The translations under genes and the position numbers were made by a program. A stretch of 62,325 nt of DNA, the filler included. It is 6 parts of 6 records of this genome, joined end to end, with 100 filler letters (N's around TTAATTAATTAA, not from the genome) between each part and the next. Parts side by side here need not be neighbours in the genome. Positions count along the whole stretch, not along the records: positions 23,341 to 30,994 come from SRR31147125_5703; positions 31,095 to 46,169 come from SRR31147125_5707; 4 more parts are not named here. One strand, written 5' to 3'. Positions 28,288 to 37,923 of the stretch are shown here, one piece after another. Numbering within the stretch: position 1 is the first letter of the stretch; each line of letters opens with the position of its first letter. The notes under the pieces are model-generated. The model saw nothing but the letters and a program-made list of their open reading frames with translations. It was not told the origin of the DNA and searched no databases.

Positions 28288-28944
28288 ATGAATTATATCA
28301 GGAAGATAAAAAATCGTCTGAATATCAAGGGTGTAAAGAAAGGCTCGTCATCAAGCGTTTCTCATTCTGCAGAAGATTTACCTCTTGATCATCAATTAAC
28401 TTTTAGAAGAGATGCTGGGGAAGAATGGAAGTATAGAGAAGGTCATATCTATATTAATGAAGTCGATGTTGAAGATGTTATAGGTTACGAATCTCATGAT
28501 GTTCGTCTCTGGTGTGCCCTTTCTGAGGCACTTACCGATTACAAAGATGTCGTTCGAGTAAAAGGCCGCGGTGATAATTCAAAATTTTTTGCAAGGGTTG
28601 ATGCTGTTCAGGATAAAGTACTTTTCAATATGAAACGTCTCTATGATGAAAAGACTTGTGGAATATATCTTTCATTTGGTGACGGCGAGATGCTCTTTAA
28701 TAATTTTAATGTTCGTGCATTCTTGGCGATGTATCATATGAAGCCGACTGAAAAAGCCAGGAAGTTTTTATTTGGACTTAAATCAAAATTAGCATTGATT
28801 CTTGTGAATAGAAACGGTACTTCTCAACATGAAAGGGTTCACCGGGTTGTCCAGCAGCTTTATGAAGAGGTCATAAATGCTCTGGAAATACAGCCAATTG
28901 AAATACGTCGTGTGTCTGCTCCTTGTGAGCGTAAGTCTGCATAG
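28288..28944 (+). CDS. Hypothetical protein
   Basis: AAGGA RBS; 218-aa ORF. Confidence 0.7.
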   Translation: MNYIRKIKNRLNIKGVKKGSSSSVSHSAEDLPLDHQLTFRRDAGEEWKYREGHIYINEVDVEDVIGYESHDVRLWCALSEALTDYKDVVRVKGRGDNSKFFARVDAVQDKVLFNMKRLYDEKTCGIYLSFGDGEMLFNNFNVRAFLAMYHMKPTEKARKFLFGLKSKLALILVNRNGTSQHERVHRVVQQLYEEVINALEIQPIEIRRVSAPCERKSA

Positions 28945-30994
28945 TTTTTTTAATGCGAGGATTGAGACAATTGTTTTGCTGATCATTTTTTTGATCGGCA
29001 TTTTTTTTGCTCTTATTTGGGTAAAAATAGATGGTGTTCGTTTCATTCTTGTAGCAATTCTTACACTAATTACCGGCATAGTACTGACCTTAGTTACTCT
29101 TCATTCACTCTATTCTGAAAATAGTATAAAGAGCTTTGTTCCAAAGAGGGGAGGGTATGTCACTTGCGAAGGCGAAGTCTTATCCGTAAAAAATAGAGAT
29201 GATGCTCAAAAGCTAGTTGTTGATGATATTGCATGCAAAAAAAGAGATGCTAATATATCTCTAACTGGACGTCTGCTTCTTACGGTTTATCAAAAATCGT
29301 GGTTTAATAAAAAATATTTTATAGAAAGGGACAAGGTTCGTTTTAGAGCCGCAATAAAACCTCCAAGAGATCTAAAGAATTTTGGAAAAAAGAGTTTTGA
29401 GAATTATTGCTTGGCCAAGAATATTGCCATGGTTGGATCTGTCTATGATTCGGCTTGGATAATGAAAGTTGGCAACTCCGGCGGTTTTCTCTTTGGATTG
29501 CTTAGTAAGATTCAGAATTCAATAGAGACCAATATAGAAGAATCTTTTGATAGTATAGATTTGCAAGCTTTTTCAAAGGCTGTGATCTTAGGTCAAAAGG
29601 ACGAGTTCTCGGAGGAACTATTAGATTCATTTAAGACTCTTGGGTTAGTGCATCTTATTGTTGTCTCTGGATTGCATGTAGCAATATTGGCTGCGCTTTG
29701 CTGGTATATATTTCTTTTTTTGTTTTCCAGTCTGAGCAGGTTTTTTGGTCAAATTGATATCAGAATTCCTACATCTATTTTGTCACTCGTGATTGTTTGG
29801 CTCTATATATCTATTTCAAGGTTTGGGACTCCGTCTTTGAGAGCCGGAATCTTAGTCAGTCTCTATCTCTTGGCCGTAATTGTTCGGAAAAAATATGACT
29901 TAATAGGCGCTCTCTTTTTGTCGCTGTTCCTATTCCTGATCTATAATCCACTGTCTCTCTACGATGTCTCTTTCCAGATGACTTATGCTGCTATTTTTGG
30001 GATCGCTCTAATGCTAAGATTTGCAATTAAGGCAAAAAAAGGTGAATCTAAATTAACCTTTCTCATAAAATGCATTGCTAATTTTTGTCTGGTGTCGATG
30101 GGCGCAATTATTGGAGTCTATCCTATTATTCTCTATCACTTTGGGGAGGTTTCACTGATTGGTCCTCTCTTTAATCTACTCCTTTCACCATTAGCTACAT
30201 TTATTATTATTCCGCTTCTCCTTATTGGTTCGTTAGCTTCACTTGTTTCTCTATCTCTTGGGTCTTTTTTGTTTTTCTTAGCCAAATATCCGGCAAAACA
30301 TTTCATTGAGTTTTCAATCATAGTTGGAAAAAAGTTGAGCTGGGCTGTAGCTCAAATGGAGATTGGTTTGTATACTCTACTCTTAATCTATTCGGTTGTC
30401 ATTTTGGTTGTTTTTTGGAAAAATATTAAATTAAGAATCTGTTTGTTGTTTTTATCTCTATTTCTTTTGTTTGGAAATATTATGAGTAATAGTTTTGCAA
30501 ATATAGATGGTAAGCTGCTTGTAACATTCTTAGATGTTGGACAGGGGGCTTCTGTTGTTGTCCATACGCCAGAAAATAAAACAATTATAATTGATGGCGG
30601 TGGAAGCAAGGGGGCTTCAAAAGAGTTTGGAAAGTATGCAATAGAACCATATCTAAAGAGAATGAATGTTGAAGAGGTTGATAGAATAATTGTTACGCAT
30701 CCTCATCCAGATCATTATAAAGGCTTGATCTATATTGCACATGAGTATAAGCCCGAATATTGTGTTGTTGGGGGATTCCAGGATGATCTGGATGATATTC
30801 ATATGGGAGCTTGGGGCGAGTTTTTAGAAGAGATGAGAGCTGCAGGAGTCCAAGTTGTTGGTTTCGATGAGCTTGAATGGAACCATGATGAAGTGAAATT
30901 CAATTTTCTATCTCCTCCGCAAGAAATTCCTTCTGGTTGGAACGTTAATGATTCATCGATTGTTATAAGGCTTGAGCATGGTGATCGATCTTTT
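28877..30994 (+). CDS. comEC: ComEC/Rec2 competence protein (truncated at contig end)
   Basis: HLIVVSGLHV, SFQMTY, FLDVGQG, THPHPDH metallo-beta-lactamase motif. Confidence 0.92.
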
Positions 30995-31094
30995 NNNNNN
31001 NNNNNNNNNNNNNNNNNNNNNNNNNNNNNNNNNNNNNNTTAATTAATTAANNNNNNNNNNNNNNNNNNNNNNNNNNNNNNNNNNNNNNNNNNNN
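30995..31094. other. Artificial contig linker
   Basis: N44-TTAATTAATTAA-N44. Confidence 0.98.
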
Positions 31095-32824
31095 TGGGGA
31101 ATACCGCACCCTGAATCTTGACGCTCAGTTGGACATAGTGTCCAGGGGGGCATTTGTACTGAGCAGGAATGTCTATTTTCTGCAGTGTGACCAAACTTAA
31201 ATGGATCTTCAGGGTTCCTTTTTCATTCATGGAAAAAGAAGCGTTATTGCAAAGGTTCAGCAATGCTTCCTGGACCTGACTGGAGTCGGCAATGATGGCC
31301 GTTTTTTTATCCAGGTCACTCAGATATTCGATCTGAATGGTTGTCGGAAGGGCTGAACGCAGTAGGTTCATTGTTTCATCGACAATCATGGTCAGGTCTG
31401 TAGGTCCGCTTGTAAGAGTCGAGCCTGCTGTAAGTCAGAATTTGAGAGACAAGATCGCGAGAACGCATAACAGCCTTGATGGCGGTATCAAGAAAGTGGA
31501 CAAGTTTTTCCGGTTGATCTTTTTTGAGTTTTGATAACTCCAGGCTTCCGAGAATCACGGCGAGCGTATTGTTGAAGTTGTGTGCAATCCCCCCGGCCAT
31601 AACGCCAATTGCTTCCATTTTATATTTCTGGCGAAGTTGGTTCTGTAGGTGAAGCATTTCACTGATATCGTAAAAAATGCCCAGTAGCATCTGGCGCCCG
31701 GCATATTCGATCCGTTTCGCCCGAATTTCGACATCAATCCGTTTTCCAGATGAGGTTACACATTGTTGGGCAATGGTTTGAACATCGGGAAACTCCCTGC
31801 GCTTGGCAAAATGGTAGGTTACGCCATCGGGGCTTAGGTGTTCCTTTGGATGTAATATCGCTTGAGGTTGGCCAATAATGTCTTCTCGGGACCGTTCCAC
31901 CATGTCAGCGAGAGATTGATTGCATTCAATAATTTCACCCGTTTGCGCATCCGCAAGAGCAATGCCGGCATTGGCTTCGCTGACGACGGTTTTATATTTT
32001 TCTTCGGTAAGCTTACGGTCAGTGATGTCCCGAGTGATCGTCAGAATGATCTTTTCATCGCCGATGTCGAGAATTTTCCCGGACATCAAACCGTCAATCA
32101 CACGTCCGTCCTTAGCCAGGAATTCCGCGTCCAGGTTCTCCACGTAGCCTTTGTCCTGCAGCCCCCGGACGAGTCGGTCTCTGTCGGCGTGGTTTTTCCA
32201 GATGTTCAATTCCAGAGAGGACTTCCCGACGACCTCGTCTTTTGTGTAGCCGGTCAGACGCAGGAATCCTTCATTGACGTCGACGTAGGTACCGTCCATC
32301 CGCGTCAGGTTGATGGCATCTGGACTGGTTTCGAAGGCGGTCCGAAACTTTTCTTCGCTCGTTTTGAGCAACGCCTGTGCGTTAAGCTGCTCCGTGACAT
32401 CACGACAAACGCAGAAAATCAGTTTTTGACCTTTATAGACCAGACCATTATTTGAAAGCTCAACACCGATGATGGAGCCGTCTTTACGACGAAACTTCGT
32501 GGTCAATCGGTGATTGGTATTCGTGACCTCATGGGATAACGCCAGGATTTGATCTTTGTCGTGCAGATAATCCCAATCCCAGACATGCAGCTGAGCTGTC
32601 TCGGCTTCAGAGTATCCGAGCATTGCCGCAAAGCGCTGATTTGATTCGTACACCCGACAGTTCTGATCGAGGATCACAATCCCGTCTTGAGATTGTTGAA
32701 GCAACAGGCGGCGCCAGGCGATTTCGTCCTGAAGCTGGTTCTCAATCTGGGCAAACCGCGTATGACGTTGCTCCAAGTCCCGGACTTTTTGTTCCAGTTC
32801 TTCGTAAGTCGGTTTGTTGGGCAT
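31095..32824 (-). CDS. Multi-PAS sensor histidine kinase (frameshifts near 31405 and 31117; truncated)
   Basis: Three PAS repeats, H-box AGGIAHNFNN, N-box LLNLCNNA in the continuing frame. Confidence 0.88.
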
Positions 32825-32930
32825 GGCCTGCCTCCGGAGGGAAATTTTTAAGTTAATCCGTGATTTTAGCAATAAAAAAGACTTGCAGAAACAATTAATA
32901 GCGCCCGTTATTACAAAAAAGTCGTAAAAT

Positions 32931-33638
32931 TTAACGGATTTGAAGCAACCAGGGGTGCTTCGTCTGCACCCGGTCAATCAGGGCTTTGGCCCGATCAGGT
33001 TCATCCCTCAGCAGCGAAGACAGCTTTTCTTTCCGTTCCAGCCACACCAGGTAAAGCAGACTGCCGCTCAGGCCGACCCCCAACGATTCATACATCGACA
33101 GAGTCAGGTCCGATTCCAGCTCGGTTGCCACCTCTTGTGGTGCGGCGAGATAGTGGGTTGGGTAGTTGACCAGCTCCGGGTCGAGGCTGCTGAGGAAGGC
33201 CTGTTTTTCGAGCTCATGCAGCGTTGAAAAATCAACACCACACCAGCCAGGCGGCCGGGTAGAGAGCAGCGCCCGACAGCTTAAGGGGCGGCTTTCATAG
33301 ATTGTGCAGCTTTGTGTGGCCGGGTCGAGGAAGGCACAGCCGATCTCACTGCGGAACAGTTTGAGAAATTGTTTCAGATCCTCTGCCTGCTGACTGATGG
33401 CGAGCAGGCGAAGGACCGATTGATTCAGCAAACTCTGCTGCGCAGGGGTGAGCGTGTTGGCAATCTGGCAGGCCTCGGGAAAGCTGCAGTTGACGGCCAG
33501 AGAGCAGCAGTTGCCGCATCCTTCACGACAATAGATGGATGTTCCCTTTGCCTGCAGAGCAGAGAGGGTGGAGGAGATCCTCTGGTCGAGATGCTGGTGA
33601 TGACCATTCACCTTGTCAGTGAGGGCGTCCCACGCCAT
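32931..33638 (-). CDS. YkgJ-family (CxxCxxCC) Fe-S cluster protein
   Basis: CREGCGNCC, CAFL, CTIYESRPLSCR; start overlaps the upstream stop. Confidence 0.85.
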   Translation of the reverse strand: MAWDALTDKVNGHHQHLDQRISSTLSALQAKGTSIYCREGCGNCCSLAVNCSFPEACQIANTLTPAQQSLLNQSVLRLLAISQQAEDLKQFLKLFRSEIGCAFLDPATQSCTIYESRPLSCRALLSTRPPGWCGVDFSTLHELEKQAFLSSLDPELVNYPTHYLAAPQEVATELESDLTLSMYESLGVGLSGSLLYLVWLERKEKLSSLLRDEPDRAKALIDRVQTKHPWLLQIR

Positions 33639-34594
33639 CAGGCAACCCTGTTCTGCGGTTCGCCGTTCTGGTAAGCAATAATATTGGTGACGACGATGTC
33701 GAGCAGCCGCTGGCGTGCCTCTACCGTGGCCCAGGCAATATGCGGGGTGACGATGCAATTCGGGGCCGAGAACAGGGGGTTGTCCTCTTCCGGAGGTTCC
33801 TGTGAAAGGACATCGGTGGCGTAGCCACCCAGGTAGCCCTCCTCGAGGGCTTCGACGACCTCTTCTTCCTCGATCAGTTGTCCCCGTCCGGTGTTGATCA
33901 GCAGGGCTCCCTGTTTCACTCGTGCCAGACGTGCCGCGTTGACCAGGTGCTGGGTGTCTTCTGTCAGCGGACAGTTCAGGCTGATGATGTCCGATTCGGA
34001 GAAGAGGGTATCGACATCGATAAAATTGACAGCTTCCCAGGAACGATGGCTCTCCGGGTGTGCGGTGCTGACCAGGATCTTCATATTGAACGCTTGTGCG
34101 ATGCGCGCGATCTGGCGTCCGATCTGTCCGAAACCGACAATGCCGAGGGTCTTTCCCGCAAGCTCCATCAGGGGCTGATCGTAGAGGCTGAAATGAGGGC
34201 CGTTGCTCCATGATCCGTCGCGGGCCAGGCCGGCATGGTGACAGACCTTGTTGGTTAACTCCAGAATCAGGGCAAAGGTCATCTGGGCGACTGAGTCAGC
34301 ACCATAGCCGGGAACATTGGTCACAATAATATTGCGCTCGCGCGCAGCCTCCAGATCGACAATGTTGACCCCCGTTGCCAGAACACCGATATATTTTACC
34401 ATGGGCAGGGCTGCGAGGGTTTCAGCGCTCAATGGTGTTTTGTTGGTCAGGATGATTTCTGCATCTTTCGCCCGGTCGAGGATCTGCTCCGGGCTTGTAT
34501 GGGTGTGAATAACACTGGAGCCGAGAGCTTGTAGAGGTGACCAGTCGAGGTCTCCCGGGTTCAGTGTGTGTCCATCCAGAAGGACAAGTTTCAT
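33638..34594 (-). CDS. D-2-hydroxyacid dehydrogenase (glycerate dehydrogenase/HprA-like)
   Basis: LDGHTLNPGDL, GIVGFGQIG, INTGRG, TPHIAW. Confidence 0.92.
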   Translation of the reverse strand: MKLVLLDGHTLNPGDLDWSPLQALGSSVIHTHTSPEQILDRAKDAEIILTNKTPLSAETLAALPMVKYIGVLATGVNIVDLEAARERNIIVTNVPGYGADSVAQMTFALILELTNKVCHHAGLARDGSWSNGPHFSLYDQPLMELAGKTLGIVGFGQIGRQIARIAQAFNMKILVSTAHPESHRSWEAVNFIDVDTLFSESDIISLNCPLTEDTQHLVNAARLARVKQGALLINTGRGQLIEEEEVVEALEEGYLGGYATDVLSQEPPEEDNPLFSAPNCIVTPHIAWATVEARQRLLDIVVTNIIAYQNGEPQNRVA

Positions 34595-35291
34595 GGGGAC
34601 TCCTTTTCGCCGGAGGGCGCGCCGAACAGCTGTGACAGGACATCTTTCTCTTCGGAGCTGACCGCCGCAATTTTCGGTAGTTCGGCGTGGCAGACGCGGT
34701 TCCGACCGCCCTGCTTGGCCTGATAGAGATACTCGTCAGCCTGCTGGACCAACTCTTCGACACTGCTCTGCTGTTTGTTCAGGTAGGTCGACAAACCGAG
34801 GCTGACGGTCATGTGCAGTTCCTGGCCTGCAAGAGGCAGGGGGTGGATTCAATCAGCTCTCTGATCCGTTCGGCGACCGGCAAGCCGTCGCGCAGAGTCG
34901 TGTCCGGCAAAATAATGGCGAATTCTTCACCACCGTAACGGCAGGGGATGTCCAGCTTGCGGATCGAACGGACGATCAGGCCGGCAATATGAACCAGAGC
35001 CTGATTGCCGATCTCATGTCCCCAGGTGTCATTGACCTTTTTGAAGAAATCGATGTCGAGCATGATCAGAGAGGTTGGTTGTCCGCTGCGCTGGGTCCGC
35101 TCCAGCTCCTGGGCCAGAGACTCGGTAAAGCAGCGATAGTTGGCAAGGCCGGTCAGGGGGTCTGTTCTGACCTGGGTCGCAAGGTTGTCCAGGTTTTCAC
35201 GAAGGGTCGTGACTTCAGCGAGGATGCTGCAGTCATCTTGACCGACCGGGCAGGTTAACTCTGGGGTCTGGTTTGTCAGTTCGTCTTCCAC
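34591..35291 (-). CDS. Diguanylate cyclase (GGDEF), split by a 1-nt deletion near 34842
   Basis: DPLTGLAN, RKLD I-site + RYGGEEF; continues as TVSLG...ADEYLYQAKQGGRNR. Confidence 0.88.
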
Positions 35292-35386
35292 GCCAATAAT
35301 TCTCGTCTATGGATCAAGCAAACAATTGCTTCAACGGGAATTATACACGCTCGAAGGCGACAAGTCTTGCGTTTCTCGTCGGCAGG

Positions 35387-36223
35387 TTATTCCAGAGCGG
35401 CTGAAAGTTCAGCACTCTGCTCGAAAGCCAGCTCAATGAACGGACTGATCTCCTGGCGATCCAGGTTGAAAGCTTCTGAGGCCCGATCCGTGAGGGACTG
35501 ACTGCAACAGTGCTGCGGGGTGCCGGTAATCAGGGCGGCAATTTTAACCGACAGGGGGATTGCAGAGCTGTCGAAATCATGATGGTCACCGATGGCGGCA
35601 ATCAGTTCAGCTGGAAACTCCCAAGCCTCAGCCATGTGGGCGCCAAGCGTCATATGGTCAATGCCGAATTGGGCGTTTTCCTCCTCTGCGAGATTGATGT
35701 TAGCTTCGGATTGCCAGCGCTCAAAAAGGGTCTGGTAGGCTTCTTTGTGGCGCTGTGCCAACATCGGGATCGCCATGTCCTGAAGCAGTCCGATGGTAAA
35801 GACGTCGCTCTGCTGATTCGGGTGCAGTTCAAGAGCGAGAGCTTTGGCAACAGCAGCCCTGAGGGACGCTGTCTTCCAGAATTCGGTCATGTTGATACCG
35901 ATCTTGTCGCTGTGACTGCTCAGATTGTTTTTGACGGCGACGCTCAGGACCAGCGCTTCCAGGCGGCTGCGGCCCAGAAGGTTGACAGCGTGTTGAATAC
36001 TGCTGACCTTGCGGGACAGGCCAAAGGATGCTGAGTTGACCATTTTAAGAACGCGCAGGTAGAGTCCTGGGTCGCTCTCAAGATCGCTGGATAGATCGCC
36101 GACATTGATATCAGGATCACGCAGCTTACTGAGCAGGGTCATCACCGAGGTCGAAAAACTTGGAATCTCAAAGCTGTCGAGCTCTATTGTCGGCTGTTTT
36201 TTACGTTTGAAAAAAAAGGCCAT
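35387..36223 (-). CDS. HDOD-domain protein
   Basis: ESDPGL..VLKMVNSASFG, GLLQDM, DHMTLG..W.FP. Confidence 0.88.
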   Translation of the reverse strand: MAFFFKRKKQPTIELDSFEIPSFSTSVMTLLSKLRDPDINVGDLSSDLESDPGLYLRVLKMVNSASFGLSRKVSSIQHAVNLLGRSRLEALVLSVAVKNNLSSHSDKIGINMTEFWKTASLRAAVAKALALELHPNQQSDVFTIGLLQDMAIPMLAQRHKEAYQTLFERWQSEANINLAEEENAQFGIDHMTLGAHMAEAWEFPAELIAAIGDHHDFDSSAIPLSVKIAALITGTPQHCCSQSLTDRASEAFNLDRQEISPFIELAFEQSAELSAALE

Positions 36224-36228
36224 ACCGC

Positions 36229-37176
36229 CTACTCTCCTCGTCGCGCCAGTTTATTGGAAAAAATAGACAGTAGTCCCCCGAGCATCATGTAACCGATGCT
36301 CACTTCCACAATGGCGACGATCTGTCCCCAGAGGGTACTCGGAACCACGTCTCCGAAGCCGAGGGTCGTCATGGTGACTACGCTGAAGTAAAAAGGAGAC
36401 AGTTCCGTCGGGTAGCGGCCATAATCGATGCCGACGTAGCTGTAAATAGCAGAGAAGATCAGCAGCAGGATGCCGATGCAGCAGCACCAGCGGAACATGC
36501 TGCGCCCACAGTCGCAGGTCCACAGCCAGGGGTAGTAAAGAATCCGGGTCATCGTATTGTAGGAGCGGAATTCCTTAATGTAGTTCTGGTCGATGATCTC
36601 CCGGCGCATCAGGTAGGCGCCGGCAAAGTTGACATCGCGAATATCTGCGCCGATCCAGTCGGCATTTTTAAAGCCGCGCATCATGCGCAGGCGGCTGTGC
36701 CTGAGGTCAGCGTTGCTGAAATTGGCCTTATGGACGCTGGACAGGGACAGGTCTGCGTAGCACAGATCGGCCTCGGTCAGATCGGCATGGTCAAGGTTGG
36801 CCTCACGCAGGCGGCTGTGCTGCAGGTTGACGCAGTGGAGGTTGGCATGTTCCAGTGAAGCCTGGGTCAGGGTGGCCCCTTCCATGTTGGTTTTCGCCAT
36901 GCTGGTATGGTTCAGGTTGGCACCACCAAATCCAGCCCGTCGGCAGTACGCCGCATCGAGGATCGCCCCTTCCAGATTGGCGGCTGACAACTCGGCCCCC
37001 TCCAGGTTGGCGCCTTCCAGATTGGCCCCGCGCAGATCCGCTTTGAACAGCGTCGCTTTGCTCAGGTCGCGGTTGGACAGATCCCTGTGACTCAAGTCCG
37101 CACCACTCAGATTGGCTCCGCAGAACTCGTCCGTTTTTATGTCCTGATCTGTATGATTGTCCTGAACGGGTTCCAT
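36229..37176 (-). CDS. Pentapeptide-repeat protein fused to a 2-TM potassium-channel pore
   Basis: A(D/N)Lxx repeats; FYFSVVTMTTLGFGDV selectivity filter. Confidence 0.88.
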   Translation of the reverse strand: MEPVQDNHTDQDIKTDEFCGANLSGADLSHRDLSNRDLSKATLFKADLRGANLEGANLEGAELSAANLEGAILDAAYCRRAGFGGANLNHTSMAKTNMEGATLTQASLEHANLHCVNLQHSRLREANLDHADLTEADLCYADLSLSSVHKANFSNADLRHSRLRMMRGFKNADWIGADIRDVNFAGAYLMRREIIDQNYIKEFRSYNTMTRILYYPWLWTCDCGRSMFRWCCCIGILLLIFSAIYSYVGIDYGRYPTELSPFYFSVVTMTTLGFGDVVPSTLWGQIVAIVEVSIGYMMLGGLLSIFSNKLARRGE

Positions 37177-37410
37177 GTGTCGCCTATGACAAAGATTAAT
37201 AGGATTAAATTATAATACTTTTTAATTTGAGTCAACGTCGAAGTTTTTGGAGTGATTCTTTAACGCGGATCGGGCAGAAGCGCCAGATCGGTCGATGGCG
37301 GGAAGAATACATATGATTAAGTTGCAGACTATATAGGTGCGACAGGCCTGAAAAACAAAAAGCCGCCTCAAACAATGAGACGGCTCTGTCAATGGGATCT
37401 GCCGAGACAG

Positions 37411-37854
37411 TTACTCGATAAAGTAGCCGGCCACACGCCAGACATCATCCTGCTCCAGCATGACGGTGACGGTTTCAGTGACCTCCGGCTGGTTCTCAAA
37501 TTTTGAGGAAAAGATGTAAACCATGTATTCGCCTTCTGGAAGCCCCTCTTTCTGTTCTTTGGTGTAGATATAGTCCTTCTGGGCCCGGTCCAGGTTTTTT
37601 CCGGCTGCTGTCCGGACGGCTGAGAGCTTCTCCGTCCATTGCTGCAGAGGGACTTCATTCTGCAGGTAGGCTGCGGCGTCATTCCAGCTCTTCTGGTAAT
37701 CACCATTGTCGACGGTTGCGAGAAAGTCGAGTGCGACGACCGTCGTCACATCGATCCGTTGCTGGTCCGGTTTGCGACTGAGCTGGGGATAAAAAATGAT
37801 AATCAGGGAAATAAGGATGAGAAAAGCGTGAACGCGATACTTTCTCGGCAACAT
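37411..37854 (-). CDS. DUF4019-like exported protein
   Basis: N-terminal TM; GLPEGEY...ETVT...WRVAGYFI. Confidence 0.75.
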   Translation of the reverse strand: MLPRKYRVHAFLILISLIIIFYPQLSRKPDQQRIDVTTVVALDFLATVDNGDYQKSWNDAAAYLQNEVPLQQWTEKLSAVRTAAGKNLDRAQKDYIYTKEQKEGLPEGEYMVYIFSSKFENQPEVTETVTVMLEQDDVWRVAGYFIE

Positions 37855-37923
37855 GGGACTCTCCTTTGGATTTCATTGGAACAACAATAATAACAGTTTC
37901 CCGCGGCAACAGAACGAAAAAGA

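Noticed and set aside
33639-34211. Long N-terminal extension of the 426-aa ORF
   Set aside because: Off-frame overlap with the dehydrogenase gene; the real YkgJ protein starts at 33638
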